Positions 39,934 through 54,832 of a DNA stretch of 64,000 bases are shown here, in pieces. How positions within the stretch are numbered: the stretch's first letter is position 1; each line of letters opens with the position of its first letter. Position numbers and translations under genes: made by a program. The notes under the pieces were generated by a model. That model was given only the letters and a program-made list of their open reading frames with translations, ran no database searches and was not told the DNA's origin. This DNA is from Gordius albopunctatus (Eukaryota), in the NCBI GenBank assembly GCA_964276515.1, contig OZ193909.1, positions 8,866,001 to 8,930,000 on the forward strand. Direction: 5' to 3'.

Positions 39934-42442
39934 TGTTGCGATCGTTTGATTTAACTTTATTCTAACTCCATACACTTTACAACATAAACGAGACGAGACG
40001 CGATACAACTAAAATATATGCGATAAAACTACAGTATGCTAAAAATATTACAATCCCCAATAGGGAAAACGCATAACACGTGTTCTATATATTTTACTCC
40101 ACCAGTATAATAGAACTTAAGCGTAAGTTACACTTCGTCAATTATCCTCTACACTTCCCCCTTTTCACAAAGATAATGCCTTAGGTAGCTTGGGGCCTGT
40201 CGTACCCGGCGTGGGTATCTAACATCAGGCGGGGCGTTGTTAAGCTCCGGAGCCATGGGAGCGACACTGTGTTCCCCCGCTCTTGTAGCGGCACTATCAT
40301 TCGGAACCGTTGGCAAGGGACCCTGACTGGACGCCGTTGGTAAGGGCTCGCATCACTTGACTCGTTCGCGAGTGTATCCCGGTGCGGCCAACCATTTTCG
40401 TGTCCAACCATTCTCCAGTACAGTATTTTCCTTCGTCTCACTTGATCTAAATGTCGATGGTGGCTTCTCCCTAGGGCCTTAACGTCGAACGAGTGCGCCC
40501 CGCGCTTGGAAATAATGGTGCCCTCCACCCATTTATCGGGCCCCAGGTACATACGCACCCACACTGGGTCTCCGACGTCGAACACTTGCGCCTTTCCTGC
40601 ATCTCTCCACTGGGGTGAGATAGGTTCTCTTAATACTTCCCTTGACTCGTGCAGCTTAGGTAGGTACTTTTTGTAGCGTAGCCTTGGACCGACAACTACT
40701 GTTGTACCGCGCGTACCCCTAATCCACTCTTTGCGCTGCCGTAAAGTCCCATCGCTGGCGGTGTACTGTCGTATAACGTCCAGTGCGATGGACGCGTTCG
40801 CGATATCCTCTAGTACATCTTCGGTAACTTGGAACGAATGCTTGCTTGGTCGTCTCGACACAACAATGAATGCGTTATCCTTACCCTTGATGGCAGCCAT
40901 GGCTCGACCTTGATCTTGGTCCGGTGTCGCGTTCCTAGAGAGAGGCTTATTGGGGTTGGGTGGAATTACAGATTGTTGCTGAGACGAGGAGCCAGGATCC
41001 CTAGAAACCGCTTGCGGCGGTGCTACGCTGCTTTGTTGTTGTGGTAACTGACCAATCAAACCGGGTTGCTGTTGGTCGGGGAAGAAAACTGGGCCCGGCA
41101 TTAAGACGGGTGGAAAAATCCAGCTACCGGGTGGCCTACACATTGGGCCCGCACCCAAGGGAGGCATTTGACTATATTGCATTCCGATACTCACGGGATC
41201 GCTAGGTCTCGGCTCTTTCGTGACCTTCTCCTCGACAAAATTAACAACGTATTGCTCCATGACGGCTCGCGAACTCTATCGGGTTAGTTCCCATACGTCC
41301 TTTCCTAACTCTTTTATCCAGTTTGTCCCGAGTAACGGCGGTACCTTCACATCCACCACCAGCATCGAAAGGCGCTTTCGGTTGGGACCTAGCCGGACCT
41401 CGGCTGTTATGTCCCCGATAATCTTTATCTCCTTGCCGCCAAACGCATACACGGCAGGTCTCGAGTTTGCTTGCACGGGTAAGCGTTCCTTCCACAAGTT
41501 GGCCGGTACGATTGTAACGGTGGATCCCGTGTCCATAAGAAAAGTTATTAATGTTTTATTAACAAATACATCAATAGTCATAATATCTAACGCATGGCCG
41601 AACCTGGTCATACTCGGGCCCGTCCTCGTCGCGTCGACCGCAAATGCCTCGTCAACTGGCTGATGCATTGTCCTCAGACCCTCGCCGATTGCCTTCCGAC
41701 CTAGGGCAATCTCCACGGCCTTGTCCCATTTCAGATCCCTCTCGGCCATCAATGCAGCCTGCACCGTTGGATCGTGGAGTCCTAGAATCAGCTGATCGAG
41801 CATCCTGGCCGATAATTCTCCAGGCTGGAACCCGCATTCCTTTGATGCCTCTTTTAGCCTTCGAATATACCGCATGAGCTCCTCCCGGGCATCTGACGAA
41901 TATTTCCAAATCTGAATCTCTGTGGAAGCGGGCAGGTTTTCCCTTTAAATACTTTCCTTGCCCTCTTGGTCGCTTCCTCGAAAGTCCATTCGGTAGGGTT
42001 ATCCGGGTACGCGTCGCCCGCGATAACCTTAAACGCCTCCGCCGATAACGAACTTAGGAATATGCACGTTTTCTGGGTATCCGATAACGTCCCTGACTGT
42101 GCCTTGAAGTTGGCCTCGAATTTAATTAGGAATGTTTCGATCGCATTGGACAACTGGAATAAATTCATAATGTAAATCCAGAATAATATCCTCAGACTAA
42201 TTTCCCGGTAGGTTCTCGCAGCGCCAATGTTGCGATCGTTTGATTTAACTTTATTCTAACTCCACACTTTACAACACACACGAGACGAGACACGATACAA
42301 CTAAAATATATGCGATAAAACTACAATATGCAAATTATTACAATCCCCAATAGGGAAAACGCATAACACGTGTTCTATATCTTTTACTCCACCAGTTAAT
42401 AGAACTTAAGCGTAAGTTACACTTCGTCAATTATCCTCTACA
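39934..42442 (-). mobile_element. Non-autonomous Ty3/gypsy (Mag-like) LTR element
   Basis: LTRs 39934-40153 and 42228-42442; TSD attat; PBS tggcgctgcgag; PPT aaaagggggaag; gag, DTGS protease and integrase C-terminus present; no RT. Confidence 0.92.
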
Positions 42443-42555
42443 ATTATAAGAACACATAGATATAAGATAATCATTATAATAAAATTAACTGTATAAAGAG
42501 CTATTAATTAAAAATAATAACATATGGCTAGCTAGTCTCTATAAGTATTCATTAA

Positions 42556-42780
42556 GTGGGAAAATACAAATACCTCAGCAATATTATTTTTATACCAGTA
42601 GTGGCCACGACCCTCGGTAATCTAGGTCCCGAGGGCTGCCAATTCATTAAACAAACATCAAAAATTATAACCTCCATCACACACGATCCCAAAGAATTTT
42701 TCTACATCAAGCAGAAAATCACCATGGAAATCATAAAATCTAACACAATCTCAATCCATGGCTCGATGCCAGCTTATTAA
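42556..42780 (+). pseudogene. C-terminal restriction-like endonuclease region of a CRE/NeSL-type non-LTR element
   Basis: KY..L...FIPVV.TTLG.LG...F..IKQKI..EI.K.N pattern. Confidence 0.55.
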
Positions 42781-42800
42781 TTTAATATATTTTAGCATAT

Positions 42801-45800
42801 CTTCTTCTTTCTATGACTGCTTGTCACCTAGGCTGGTGGTCAGTCCCTTCAGCATTCGTTTCCATTTGTTTCTATGTTTAAATAGATCTTTCTTTATCTT
42901 GTGGACTTTCATATCATGCCGTATTTTATGAATCCAGGTAAGCTTGGGTCTTCCTCTCCTTCGTTTTCCTGCGAAATTTATTAACTCGATTTTCTTTCCT
43001 ACGTAGCTATCGTCCCTTCTTTCGACATGGCCATACCATCTTAGTCTATTTGTTAGGAGCTTTGTCTCAATTGATGTATTACCCAAAATTCTTCTTATTT
43101 CTTCATTTCGCCTATTTTCGCTTACTCCCAGCACCCATCTTAGCATTCTCATCTCCATGGCCGCAAGAGGTTGCTCTTCTCTCTTACGTATAGCTAGAGC
43201 TCTGCACGGGCCACCTGAAGCCCGGCCGGGCCGGGCTCGGTCAAAATTTTATAATATAATCGGGCTCGGGTCGGGCCTGGTGTGGCGGCCCGACCCGAGG
43301 CCCGAGCCCGGCCCGAATTGAACTAAAACAAATTAATCTCTTATAAAATAGGATTTAAATAAAATTCGATATTAAATAATATTTTTTTCGCACAGCGTAC
43401 ATTATATAGCTTCCAAACTTTAGCTTTTTTCCTTGTCTATTATAATATAATTGACCTGAATTTCAAATCTTATTCTAGTATTTAAATAGATTTATAGTAG
43501 CTGTTACAACTTTAGAAATAAGATAAGTAAATATTTCAAAAGGTTTTTTTTGTTTGAACTTTTAAAAATATATATTATAAAGTTAAATTTTTAGCTTTAA
43601 ATGATTAACCGAATAAATTATAACGAGTGAAAAATTTTTTATCTCAAACTTCTCCTAGTTGTAAATACGTGTAATAATAATCTAATGCATTTTATATTAA
43701 GATGGTGAAATATTTTTCAAAAATATATTTCTCAAAAATTTTAAAAAATCGGGTCGGGCTCGGGCAAAATAAAATTTGAGAAGTCGGGCTCGGGCCGGGC
43801 TCGGGCAGAAGAAATTTCATTTTGCAGGGCTCTACGTATAGCCCATGATTCCGAGCTATACAGGACTGTTGGCTGTATGATGGATTTATACAGTGTGCCT
43901 TTTAGTCTTCTCGAGATGTTTTTGTCACACAGAACACCTCTCAAGTCCCTCCACTTGAGCCATCCAGAATTTATCCTTGGTTGGATTTCTTTATCCATTC
44001 CATCATCCGATTGAAGTGTTGATCCTAAATATTTGAAGGAATCCAAGCTTGTGAGTTGCCAATCGCCTAAAGTAAGGGGTGCACTTTGCTGGTTTTCATC
44101 CGATTTAAACTTTGTCTTCATGTATTCTGTTTTCTTTCGATTTACCTTGAGACCATTTTCTTCTATTGCATTTACCCAACTATTTACAGTATTTATTAGC
44201 CAATTCTTGTTCACTTTTGGCATAGAGGATTATATCGTCTGCAAAGATCATTGCCCAAGGAGCTTCCTCGCCCAAGTCCTTGGTAATATTATCCATTATC
44301 ATTATAAATAGGAAGGGACTAAGAGCTGAACCTTGATGGACTCCAGTGTTAATGGCAAAGCCCTTTGTAGTCCCCACCGATGTTCTAACGTACGTTCTAT
44401 TTCCCTTGTACATATCTTTTATTGCTCTGACGTATACTTCTGGCACATTGTTTTCTTCAAGACATTTCCAAACTAAATTACGAGGAACTTTATCGAACGC
44501 TTTTTCTAGATCGATGAAACACATGTGCAAATCCTCTTCCCTTTCTTTGAACCGTTCCATTAATCTTCTAACACTGTTTAGGGCGTCTGCTGTAGACCTC
44601 TCCGGCATAAATCCGAATTGATTATCTCGAATTTGAACCAAACTCCGAAGCCGTTTTTCGATCACTTTTTCCCACACCTTGAAAGTGGGACTCATAAGCT
44701 TTATCCCTCTGTAATTGTTGCAATCCTGAATGTCCCCTTTCATCTTATATATCGGGATCATGTAGCTATCTCTCCACTCTTTAGGCATTTTACCCGTTTT
44801 CAAGATATTGTTGAAAAGGTTGGCGAGGAATTGTGTACCAGTATTGCCTAATGCTTTGAAGCCCTCTATTGATATATTGTCGGGTCCAAGGACTTTTCCT
44901 GATTTTAGTTTACCCATAGCAACTTTGATTTCCGTTTCCGTGATCCAGTCCGCTGTGTTTAATTCTCCTATTGTGTTCTCCTGGTTAGTGTCTTCGAAAT
45001 TGATAAATCGCTATAATAGTCGTACCATCTTTGTAGTATATGGCTGTCGTGTGTTAGTATTTCTCCCTTTTGACCCTTGATTAGCCGGCATTCTAGGTAA
45101 TCTTTAGAATTTCGGGCCCTTGACTTTGCGATTTTGTAGATCAATCTTTCTCCTTCCTTTGAGTTGAGTTTTACATTTATATCGTCGTACACCTTGTTTT
45201 TAGCTTTCGCTACGGATTTTTTAGCCGATCTTTTAGCTACTTGGTAAGCTTGCTTATCATTACTATCCTTGCTTTTATACCAAACTTTGTACAATCTCTT
45301 CTTTTCCTTAATACATTTTTGCACTTCTTCATTCCACCACCACGTCTCCGTGAGAATTCTTTTAGTAGGCTTGCTTTCACCTAGTATTTGTCGTCTCGCT
45401 TTTCGCATTGTGGCAGCTATACCATTCCATTGATCCTCACATGAAGTATTTTCCTTAAATTCAGCATGTTTAATTACCTGTTCCTTAAAATGTTGAATAT
45501 TATCGGCCCTTTAATATAAAGTCCATCACCAACAGCTTGTGTTGGCAGGCCAATATTTCACTCGGTATTACCTTAACATTTTGAACATACTTTAAGTGCG
45601 CTCTGTTTACTAGAAAGAGATCTATCTGAGTGGTACGGCTGCCGCTTTTGTACGTTATAAGATGTTCCTGTCTCTTTTTGAAGAAGGTATTTCCTATTGC
45701 TAGGTCAAAAGCTTGAGCAATTTCTAGAATTTCCGTACCTCCTTCATTTCTTAGGCCGTAACCCCGACCACCTTGATTTATTTCAAATCCTCCCCTTGAT

Positions 45801-46442
45801 TTGACTACGTGTCCATTGAGGTCCACTCCGATAATTATTATTCCCTCTTTACCGAATTGGGATAGAACATCTTCAAGCTCCTTCCAAAAACACTCTTTTT
45901 CCGTCTCAGAGCAACCACTTTGAGGGGCGTATGCTGATATAACGTTTATCGTAGTAGATTTATAAAAAAGCTGCATCGCCATAATTCTGTCATTGATTCT
46001 TTTAACGTCGACGACAGTTTGCTGAAATTCTTCCGATAGCACTTTACCGACGCTATTCCCGTGAGTTTCTGTACCGTAAAAATAAAATTTGTATCCGTCC
46101 CCTATGTATTTTGCTTTTTGGCCCTTCCATTTGGTCTCTTGTATACACGCGATATCGATTTTTCTCCTCCTTAGAACTTCTGCCAATTCTCTGCTCTTGC
46201 TAGTCATTGTACCAATATTCCATGACCCAAACTTTATCCTACGCAAACTAATGTCTTTAACCGCTTCCGTTTGTTGAGAGAGCGGTAGCCTTCGTTTATT
46301 TCCCACACATTCCAGGCGAAGAATGCGCGCGTCGCTTAAGGGGGACGCCCTATGGTTTTCATTCTGCGTCTTTGTTGTAGTATACATTTTGGTTTATTTG
46401 GAATGAGGGAGTATTGATATCCCGGCCTTCCAAGCCTGACGG
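42801..46442 (-). mobile_element. Second RTE retrotransposon, frameshifted and MITE-interrupted
   Basis: ORF pieces with SWNI/IQET, QGSALSP, FADD and RLRWYGHV; GAA tail at 42801-42812. Confidence 0.93.
43195..43834. mobile_element. hAT-type MITE inside the RTE
   Basis: TIR tagagctctgca / tgcagggctcta; 8-bp TSD cgtatagc at 43187-43194 and 43835-43842. Confidence 0.92.
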
Positions 46443-49400
46443 AACTATGTTAGATTTTGGCGCTTGACTTCCTACTATTCTTTATGATGCAGTCATTATT
46501 GATAGGCTTAATCTAGCACTTCCATTTCACTAAGTACTCCCTCAAAAAGCTCAGAAATTTTAGTCTGACCCTTCACCAAGAACCTTGCCAATAGGGTGAC
46601 CCCACCAGTAACAAACATAAAAATTGTGTTTGGCTACCAAAGGTATAGCTTCTTGGATCACGAGAGTACACAGGCTCAACCACCACTACAAGGTATTTCT
46701 CATACAAAATTATTTGGAAATAAACTTCTATCGATGTAAAAAAAATTAAAAGCCTATGCATATGTTATTTATTTTTTATTAATAGCTTTATATTTAGTAA
46801 TTTTTTAATATATTACAATTTTGCCATTTAAATTATAGTTTTTAGTTTTTGTGTCTAGTTTGTTATAGTCATTGGCGTTGTGGATGATTGGCATTATGAA
46901 TGGGATTCGTTATAGAAAGTGAAATATGAAAATATGACTATAAATAAGCCTAAAGTATAGAATATATTTTTTTTAGTTTTTGTGAATTATAACATTTATA
47001 TTAAATTTACTGTGTCAAATAGAAATACACATAGAAATTTTTAAGTTGACTTAAATGTGACTTGGATATATATGGGCTAATTCAAATACTTTTTTAACAC
47101 TGGCTAAGGCCTAAAGCTCTAAGTAAACCCTCTGTTTAACTAATCTAAGGCAAACTTTATAGTCCATTGATATTACCATCATCAATTATAGCCCACAGAA
47201 TTTATTGCTTGATATAACGTTATAAACCAAAAACCATTGTATACTTTTAATATTAGAATTTATAAAATGGAACGTTTAAAACAACAATAAAAGTAGCATT
47301 ATTGGAATAAGAACATAAGGTTTATTATTATTTTTTCATATTTTTAAACAAGATGAAATTTATATTTGTACAGGATAGGGGGATATATCGGGCCGGGTAA
47401 GGATAAAACTTGCCTCTCCAAAGGGAGACTTACTTCTATTATTTTCTCTACATCTTTATTATACTAAAAACTACGTGAAAATCATAGAATAAATTAATAA
47501 TTCAATCTATGAAAAGTTATCGGCACGTATCAAAATTAATGATGCGTGTTCGTGTTGATCAATAATATATATGGGGAAGAAATAACAAATACGTATAAGC
47601 GTGTGGGGGGGAGGAAAAGTCACACACACGTAAGTAAAATTAAATGTAAAGGAAAAGACGTGTATACTCCAGTATACCACAATTTTGTTATTAATTTTAT
47701 ATATAATTTTATAACAAAAATCATTGTAATAAAAAGTAAACTACGATATTAAAGTTTAAGGTCCCATTTTATATTCCAAAAAATTGCCTCCCATTTTTAA
47801 CTATTGCCGTTAAATATTTATTTTCTAAAACAATATATATCGTGTATTGAATTTGCAGAATCCCCATATAGAAATTTTTGTTAAATGCACCAGCCAACCA
47901 TATTTTATAAGTTCTTCTTTATTAAATGATAATTTTGAAAATGATATTCAAGTCCAATTCCCATCTACTTTAGCATGATTTCTATTATCACCTGTAGATA
48001 TATATATTCCATTGTTTAAAATGAAAAATAAAAGTTTTATACATAGAATGGTTTTTCAAAATTATATAGCCGATTTAGTTTTGTATAAAAATAGCTTGCT
48101 GGTCTATGAAAAATGTTTATTAATATTTTATAATTTAAATTAAACAATAATAAGTTTAAATAATTAAACTCAATCATCAATAAAAATTTTATTCATATAA
48201 TTTTAAAATTGCTGATTGAACTTAGATTTAAAAAACTGATTTTGAATGAGATAAAACATTTTTTGTAAACCCCTCGCATCGGATTAAAAGTCTATAATAT
48301 TTAACAGAGATATGAACTGAACTAGTTCATTTTGTAAAATTTGAACTAAGAACTGAACTAGTTCGTTTTTAAAAAAAATTTGTTTATTCATGATAGTTTA
48401 GCAAAACTTATCAGTGTTTTTCATAGATATATTTTCGGAAATCGTCTTAACACCCTCGACAATTCGGTGGGAATTGCATCTTTCCACGGCGATTTCAACG
48501 GGGAGATGATTTGTTACGTGATCACATCCGTGTCCACGGTACCCGCTTTGTCTACTAGGCCACCAGGTAGTAACATGTTATCCATAAAGGACGTTTGTGA
48601 AAACATATCGTTTCCAGGGACGGGGTATTGGACTGGACAGTGGTTATGGTGAGTTGAGTTTGGCAAATTAGGCCAATGGTGGTCATGTCCAAGTCTTTTT
48701 TAGCTCTTGGCATAAGCAAGGGTGTTGTAGATGCCTTTACGCTTATGCAAATAAGTAAGAGAAATAAGGCTTAAAGTAATAGGTGTGCGAGTAAAATATT
48801 CTGTAAACGAATATGCAAATGGCAGGCCTCAAGTTAGTGGAGACGTGCAGTATATCGAACTGTCGGGAAGCATCCCTCATCCAAATGAGGAGGGCATCGA
48901 CAGGGTGTAAATAGCGGGCATTTTGCCATGATAGAATCAGTTATTAAATTTGTTATTTAGTCCTGCGGAAGCAGTTATTTGTTTGTTTTCTACTCGTTAG
49001 TCGTGTGGGGCGGGAGGGATATTTTATTTCCATCTTTAGATCCCGTTGGTCCAGCGGTAGCATGAACGAAGAACCAAACGGTCTCCCTTGCCCAACACCT
49101 CCAATTACTCGTAGATGGCACTAATCTAACAGATGGATCTCACGGCAATTTCTCCACGGCCATCGTCCAATCCATACATTTATATATCGAAAATCATTGT
49201 CGGATTCTTTATTGATTTATATTGTTATAACCCGATTGTACAAATTGAATTTATTAGAATAAAGGATTTAAAACCAGAAGTTGCGGTTATATAAAGGTAC
49301 TGGCTGGAAAAAGGGGGTAGATAAGGAAAAAACTAGTAAGTTTAGGGGTGTTACAACGTCTGGCGCCAAAACGGTAGGTAACAGAGAAACAAGATAATTG

Positions 49401-49503
49401 GCTGAAAAATGGGTCCTCAATTATAGTCCGATTCTTAGGTTAATCTACGGTTTTTCGCCCAATGGCCGAAAAGTGCTGAAAGCGCTTAGTATATGGTTTA
49501 AAG

Positions 49504-52500
49504 TACGCCTCTGGATTTCGAATCGAATCGAATTATTCGATTCGGATTCGAATTTTTTCCTAAAAAAATATTCGATTCGAAATTCGACAAATATTAAAAT
49601 GAAGATTCGAATTCGATTCGAAAAAAATTTAAGGATTCGAAATCGATTCGAATATTTATTAAGTTTTTTTAAATATTAAAAAACACATTAAAAAGGCTAC
49701 TATGAATTTTAATTTGCATATACATTTGAAATATTTATTTAACAGATATTTAAAAAATACACACATCAAAAATAAAAATATTAAAGGCGAACAAAAACTA
49801 TGATATGTTTAAGACAATCAAGAACAGTTTTTAGACAACTTTTAAGGCAAATTATCTTCCTAACACTAATTCTTTAAACAAAATTGGTTCGGGTTAGGGA
49901 TGGATATTTTCCCGGGAAATTTGCTTAAGGGAAAATTATGGGAAAATACGGGAAATAATGGGAAAAAACGGGAAATAATGGGAAAAAACGAGAATTAACG
50001 GGAAAAAACAAGAAATTAAGGGGAAATAACGAACAAGACAGGTAAATTAGTATTAAAAAATGTCCATGAGTATGATTAAGATTAATAAAATTTATTAGTT
50101 AAACAATATAAAGAAGCAAATACAAGAAAATCATTAGATAGCCAATGCTAATTTTTCATCTAATTTCTCTTGCTGAGTTTGGGTCATGCTATCACATACC
50201 TAATAATATTGGATGTTGATGGTTTTGGGTCCCATGAAGCAGATGTTTGTTGTATAGGGCATTTTTCAAGCATTACCTCACAAATTGATGATTGTGGAGA
50301 GGGGGCATTAAGAAAACTTCTTGACAATTCTTTTCCTTTATAAAATCTGGTCACTTAGCTATATTATTTGTCATTTTGTTTGAGTTTGGAAATGTATATT
50401 TTAAATTGCAATAATTGCAAACAGCAATACAACCTTTCTTATTTGAAGATAAATTCTTAGAAAAATGTTTACAAATGTCAGATGTTTTTCTTGGCATCTA
50501 TTAGTCAAAAAAACTAACCATTAGTCAAAAAAATAAGTTCAATAATATTAAATTTTTACATTTATTGTTTTCAAAGGATTACAGATTATTTTTACAAGAA
50601 TTGTGTGTAAATTCAGTTTAAATAAAATGTAGAAATTTTAATTTAGTTAGATATAACAAATACTTCTATATCAAAAAACGAAATACTAGCATAAAATAAA
50701 TATCTATTTAAGATTACTTGATTTGAAGTTGGTAAAAATATTTTCACAGTTAATGGCAATAAAAATATAATAGATTTTGCTAAATATCTTAAATATTCAA
50801 ACATATGTAAATTTACCTGTTAATATAACTTAAAAGCTTATCTAGGATTATTGTAATAATTAATTTCAGTGTAGATTGCAAATTCTCTAATGTTAAATAA
50901 AAAGTTGATATATTTTTTAAATATTACTTATACTTACTATTAAGTTGATATATGATATTTTCAGATTTAGAGTAAAATGGCAATATAAAATTTAAATGAT
51001 TTTACTAAATATTTTGAATTTACAAGCATGTGTAAATTTACCTGTTAATATAACTTAAAAAGTGGATATATTTTTTAAATATTACTTATACTTACTATTA
51101 ATTTAGTATATAATATTTTCAGATTTAGAGTAAAGTGGCAATATAAAATTTAAATGATTTTGCTAAACATTGAAATAAATTTACAAGCATGGTAAATTTA
51201 CCTTATATGGAAAGAATTTTACACTAGAGAACTAATTGTTAATGTAATTATATTGTTTACTGAGATAATTAACTTTAGTGTAGATTGCAAAATCTTTTAA
51301 GTTAACAACTAGATGTTAATAGTATTTAAGCAAATTTTCACAAATTATAAATTAGAAAATATTTAAAATATTGGGTACCACAAGGTAAATATGAAATTAA
51401 AGTAAATTAAAATAATATATACCTTAAATTAGATCATACATATTTGATTTAAAAAATATATTTTTAGGGGAATTTTCCCTGGGGAAAAATGATTTTTCCC
51501 CGAGGAAGTTTCGCGGGAAAATATGGGAATTTTCCCGGGGAAAATTCCCATTGTGCCATCCCTAGTTCGAGTTAAAAATATTCTTTTGCATGGGCTAAAT
51601 GATCCAGGTATAGATTTTTTGCCAATTTTTTGGTGGCTGGAAAACGACGTTGATTGAAATTTTCACTATTGTAAAGGCTGAACATTGGAGGCCACACGTG
51701 GTTTTTGCAAAAATGTCTCTAATGATGACTTAGCGTTCATGTTGCTCTTAATAAACTATCCAGTATTGATAACTCGCTAGTTGATACAAAATCGGGCTGA
51801 CTTCATATAGCAGTTTTCCAGTCATCTTTAATTTCTCTACAGGATATGCCATGTACTGATGAATCACCCCAGTGGTGATAAACACTCAAATTTTGAACCT
51901 TAAATCGACGACACTCACTAATAAAGCTATCTTCTTATTGAATGCCATATATCTTCAATTTTCTGTTTGGCCATTTTGACAGCATGATCTTCTGTGCCTG
52001 GTTGATAATATACCGGTAATACCAAGTTAATTGTGGGATTTGCCCGCGGTTTTTAAATTATTTGCATTGTAAAAGGGAAAAAGTATCAATTTAAACTTTT
52101 AAATTTGTTCCCATTCAATGTTGGATAGCAATTCCTCCTTAGGGAAATTTAAAGGCCAAATACAATGCCTGCCTTACTAAAATAGCCTTTTCTATCATTA
52201 TATAGGTGCTGTTCCACTTGACTAGGATGTCAAGTTTTGCCTTTATTAGATTAATTGGTGGGTCGAATTCTTAACATATAGCCTTTAATCGTAAAATGTT
52301 TTTGTGCTATCTTGCAATTTTTTTCAAAGTATATAATTTAATTAAATTGTGATTCTCGTTCTCCATAACTTATGTAAGTTTGAAAAATTTCAAATTAAAC
52401 TTTTTCAAATTGTAGCAGGAAAATAATTAAAATGCGGTAAGATAAAAATAGCTAAATATTTAAATCTCGTCCATTTAAATTAAACTAAAAAAAATAAAAT

Positions 52501-52624
52501 TGGAATTTTCAAGGATTCGACTAGGATTTTTGAATCCTAGCAGCGTAAATATTCGATTCGAAATGGATTCGAATTCGATTCGTTACGAATTCGAATCGAA
52601 TCTCGAATATTTCTCAGAGGCGTA
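49504..52624 (-). mobile_element. Decayed hAT transposon
   Basis: TIR tacgcctctg / cagaggcgta; ttcga subterminal repeats; LDILVKWNSTYIMIE at about 52190-52235 on minus; no TSD seen. Confidence 0.75.
49895..51564 (-). mobile_element. Nested hAT element with a BED-finger remnant
   Basis: TIR tagggatgg / ccatcccta; TSD gttcgggt / gttcgagt; MPRKTSDICKHF...AVCNYC from about 50498 on minus. Confidence 0.85.
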
Positions 52625-52689
52625 AAGGTCAATAAACGGTTTACATGGACCCCAACCCTAGATGACCATCTAAAGTACCCAAAAGCAGA

Positions 52690-53220
52690 CAGGTTTACAC
52701 ACATTGCTTGATGTTACATTAAAAGTAAAGTGGCGCAACAGGAGTGCTTGCCTGGATTCAAGTACTGGTGTTATGTGAAAATTCCAATATGGTTAAAGAA
52801 CAAATTTTTCAAATCCATCGTAAGACCGCTGTTACTCTATGGAAGTAATGGGTATTAAACACCAGGGAAGAAAAGCTATTACAATTTACGACGGAGACAA
52901 GAATGATATGGTGGAGCTTAGGGTATACTAAGTTCGACCATATGACGTACTTTCTCATGACAAAATGGGTATCTATTGGGGATATGATTAACGAAAATCG
53001 GATAAGGTGGTATGGGCTAATACTAAAAGGGCGACGAATAATTTGAATTGAAAATTACTTGACATGGAGGTACAGGGGAAGAGAGGAAGAGGACGACCTC
53101 GTTTAACGTGGAAAGGGCCAGTCAAAATTAAGACATAGCACTTACTCGATCAAGATGGAAGAAACTTTTCAAAACAAACCCCGCGACTGTGGGACCAAGA
53201 CTTGATAAAGAAGAAGAAGA
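52690..53220 (+). mobile_element. Decayed, 5'-truncated RTE fragment
   Basis: Similar to the 3' end of the first RTE (IVRPLLLYGS, RWYG, GKRGRGRP); aagaagaaga tail. Confidence 0.8.
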
Positions 53221-54832
53221 CGTGCAAAGATATTCAAGACACATTGTACTTGGAGATGATCCGTAAATTTCCGAAAATACTTTAATTTACATAAAATTTT
53301 TGGTTCCTCACCAGGAGCAAAGGCAAGAGGAGGTCGAATAAACCAGCATAGATTTTTTTGATCTTACAAAATCGGGTGCCCTTAAAGAATGCTTCCATAC
53401 ATTTATTTTTACATATAATAATAATTGTTCTTTAAAAGCCTTTCTAGATTAAAACAACTTCTTATCGAATTTAATGTCCCACTACCGTTGAGCGCCCCCC
53501 CCCTCCCGTCAAGCGCTTTTTAAGTCTCGGTAAATTACTCTTTTGTAGAGATGTAATGATAGAGAAATTTAGTGGGAAAATAGGGAAGGGAAGTTTCAAA
53601 TTTCCATGTAATTTCCCTAGGAACCTTTCAAATTCCACTTCGATTTCGCTTTGAGTTTATCATATCTTCTTATTTGATATATCATATATTTTGTTTTTTA
53701 AAAGGTCTTTCATTATAATTGGAGACTATTTAAATTTATATTTTTGGCGTTTAAAACATTTGGTTCAAATTTGATGTGAATATTAATTAAGTGATTATAT
53801 TTTCATGACATTTATATTTCGAATTATTTGAGGTCTATATTACAAAAAATTTTGCTTTTTAAACGTTTTACTATGCTAAAAAAGATTCCTTCTAGATTTA
53901 AGTAATTAATTAATATATTATTACGTCAAATATTTCTTGATTTATTTAAGGACTGTTTTTCAAAACATAGTGCTGCTAAAATTAATTGTACTACAAAGTG
54001 AAGAATGACTAATTAAGTGTTATTATGTCAAATATTCCTTTATTTATAAAATCTTTATACTTAACTTTATAGTAAAAGATAACCAATTGCAAAAAAAGAA
54101 AGGTAATTCCATTGAACGTTCCAGGTCCTACTGAATAGAGCGGTGTTGTTATTATGCTTGAATGCTTATAAAGCTATTTTTTAAGAAATAGCCATAAGTG
54201 AAGGTTTGTTGGTAAAGACAAAAGGCAAATTTTCATAGACAATGATTATTCATCTTTTTGATTTAAATCACTACCGTTTTTAGGCCGAATATTCCCTAAA
54301 ACAGTGCAGGTAGAGGAAGAGTGAGCATTTATCTGATTTTCATGAAGCATGTTACTCCATAAAAAAATTATTGAAAAAAAATTCATCGTGAAATAGTGGC
54401 AACAGCTATTGGATTTTAATGTTCCCATGCTTTATAAACAGTAAAAGTAGACTATCCAAATTTGTATTTGTGTCTGGTTGACACCTGATACGAATTCATA
54501 TAACATATGACTTTTTTGCACGTTATATCTGTGGCCTCTATAGCTTTAGGTCCTTCGTTGGTGTTACTTTTTACCACTGTTTTATCCGATCCCTTAAAAT
54601 GCGTTATTCTAATAGCAAGGTATCTTTGCTTAAATTAATTTTACAGGATTTAGCGCTTTTTTTTGGCTTCTTTCTATATTTGTTACATCAATTGTGTGGT
54701 ATGTTATAATTCCATTACGTGATAAGATCTTGTTTTCTGTGATATTGTCAGTGATATTACAAGAATGTTTTAAATATATATGGTACCGAATGTTAAGGTA
54801 AAATTTATGGCTAAACTTCATTAATCTTGTAG

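Noticed and set aside
48399..49400. Block of higher GC with a tggcgcc PBS-like motif and a tRNA-like fragment
   Set aside because: No paired LTR, cloverleaf or recognisable ORF.
53570..54800. hAT transposase remnant (EATDIT motif on minus)
   Set aside because: Single motif with many stops and undefined termini.
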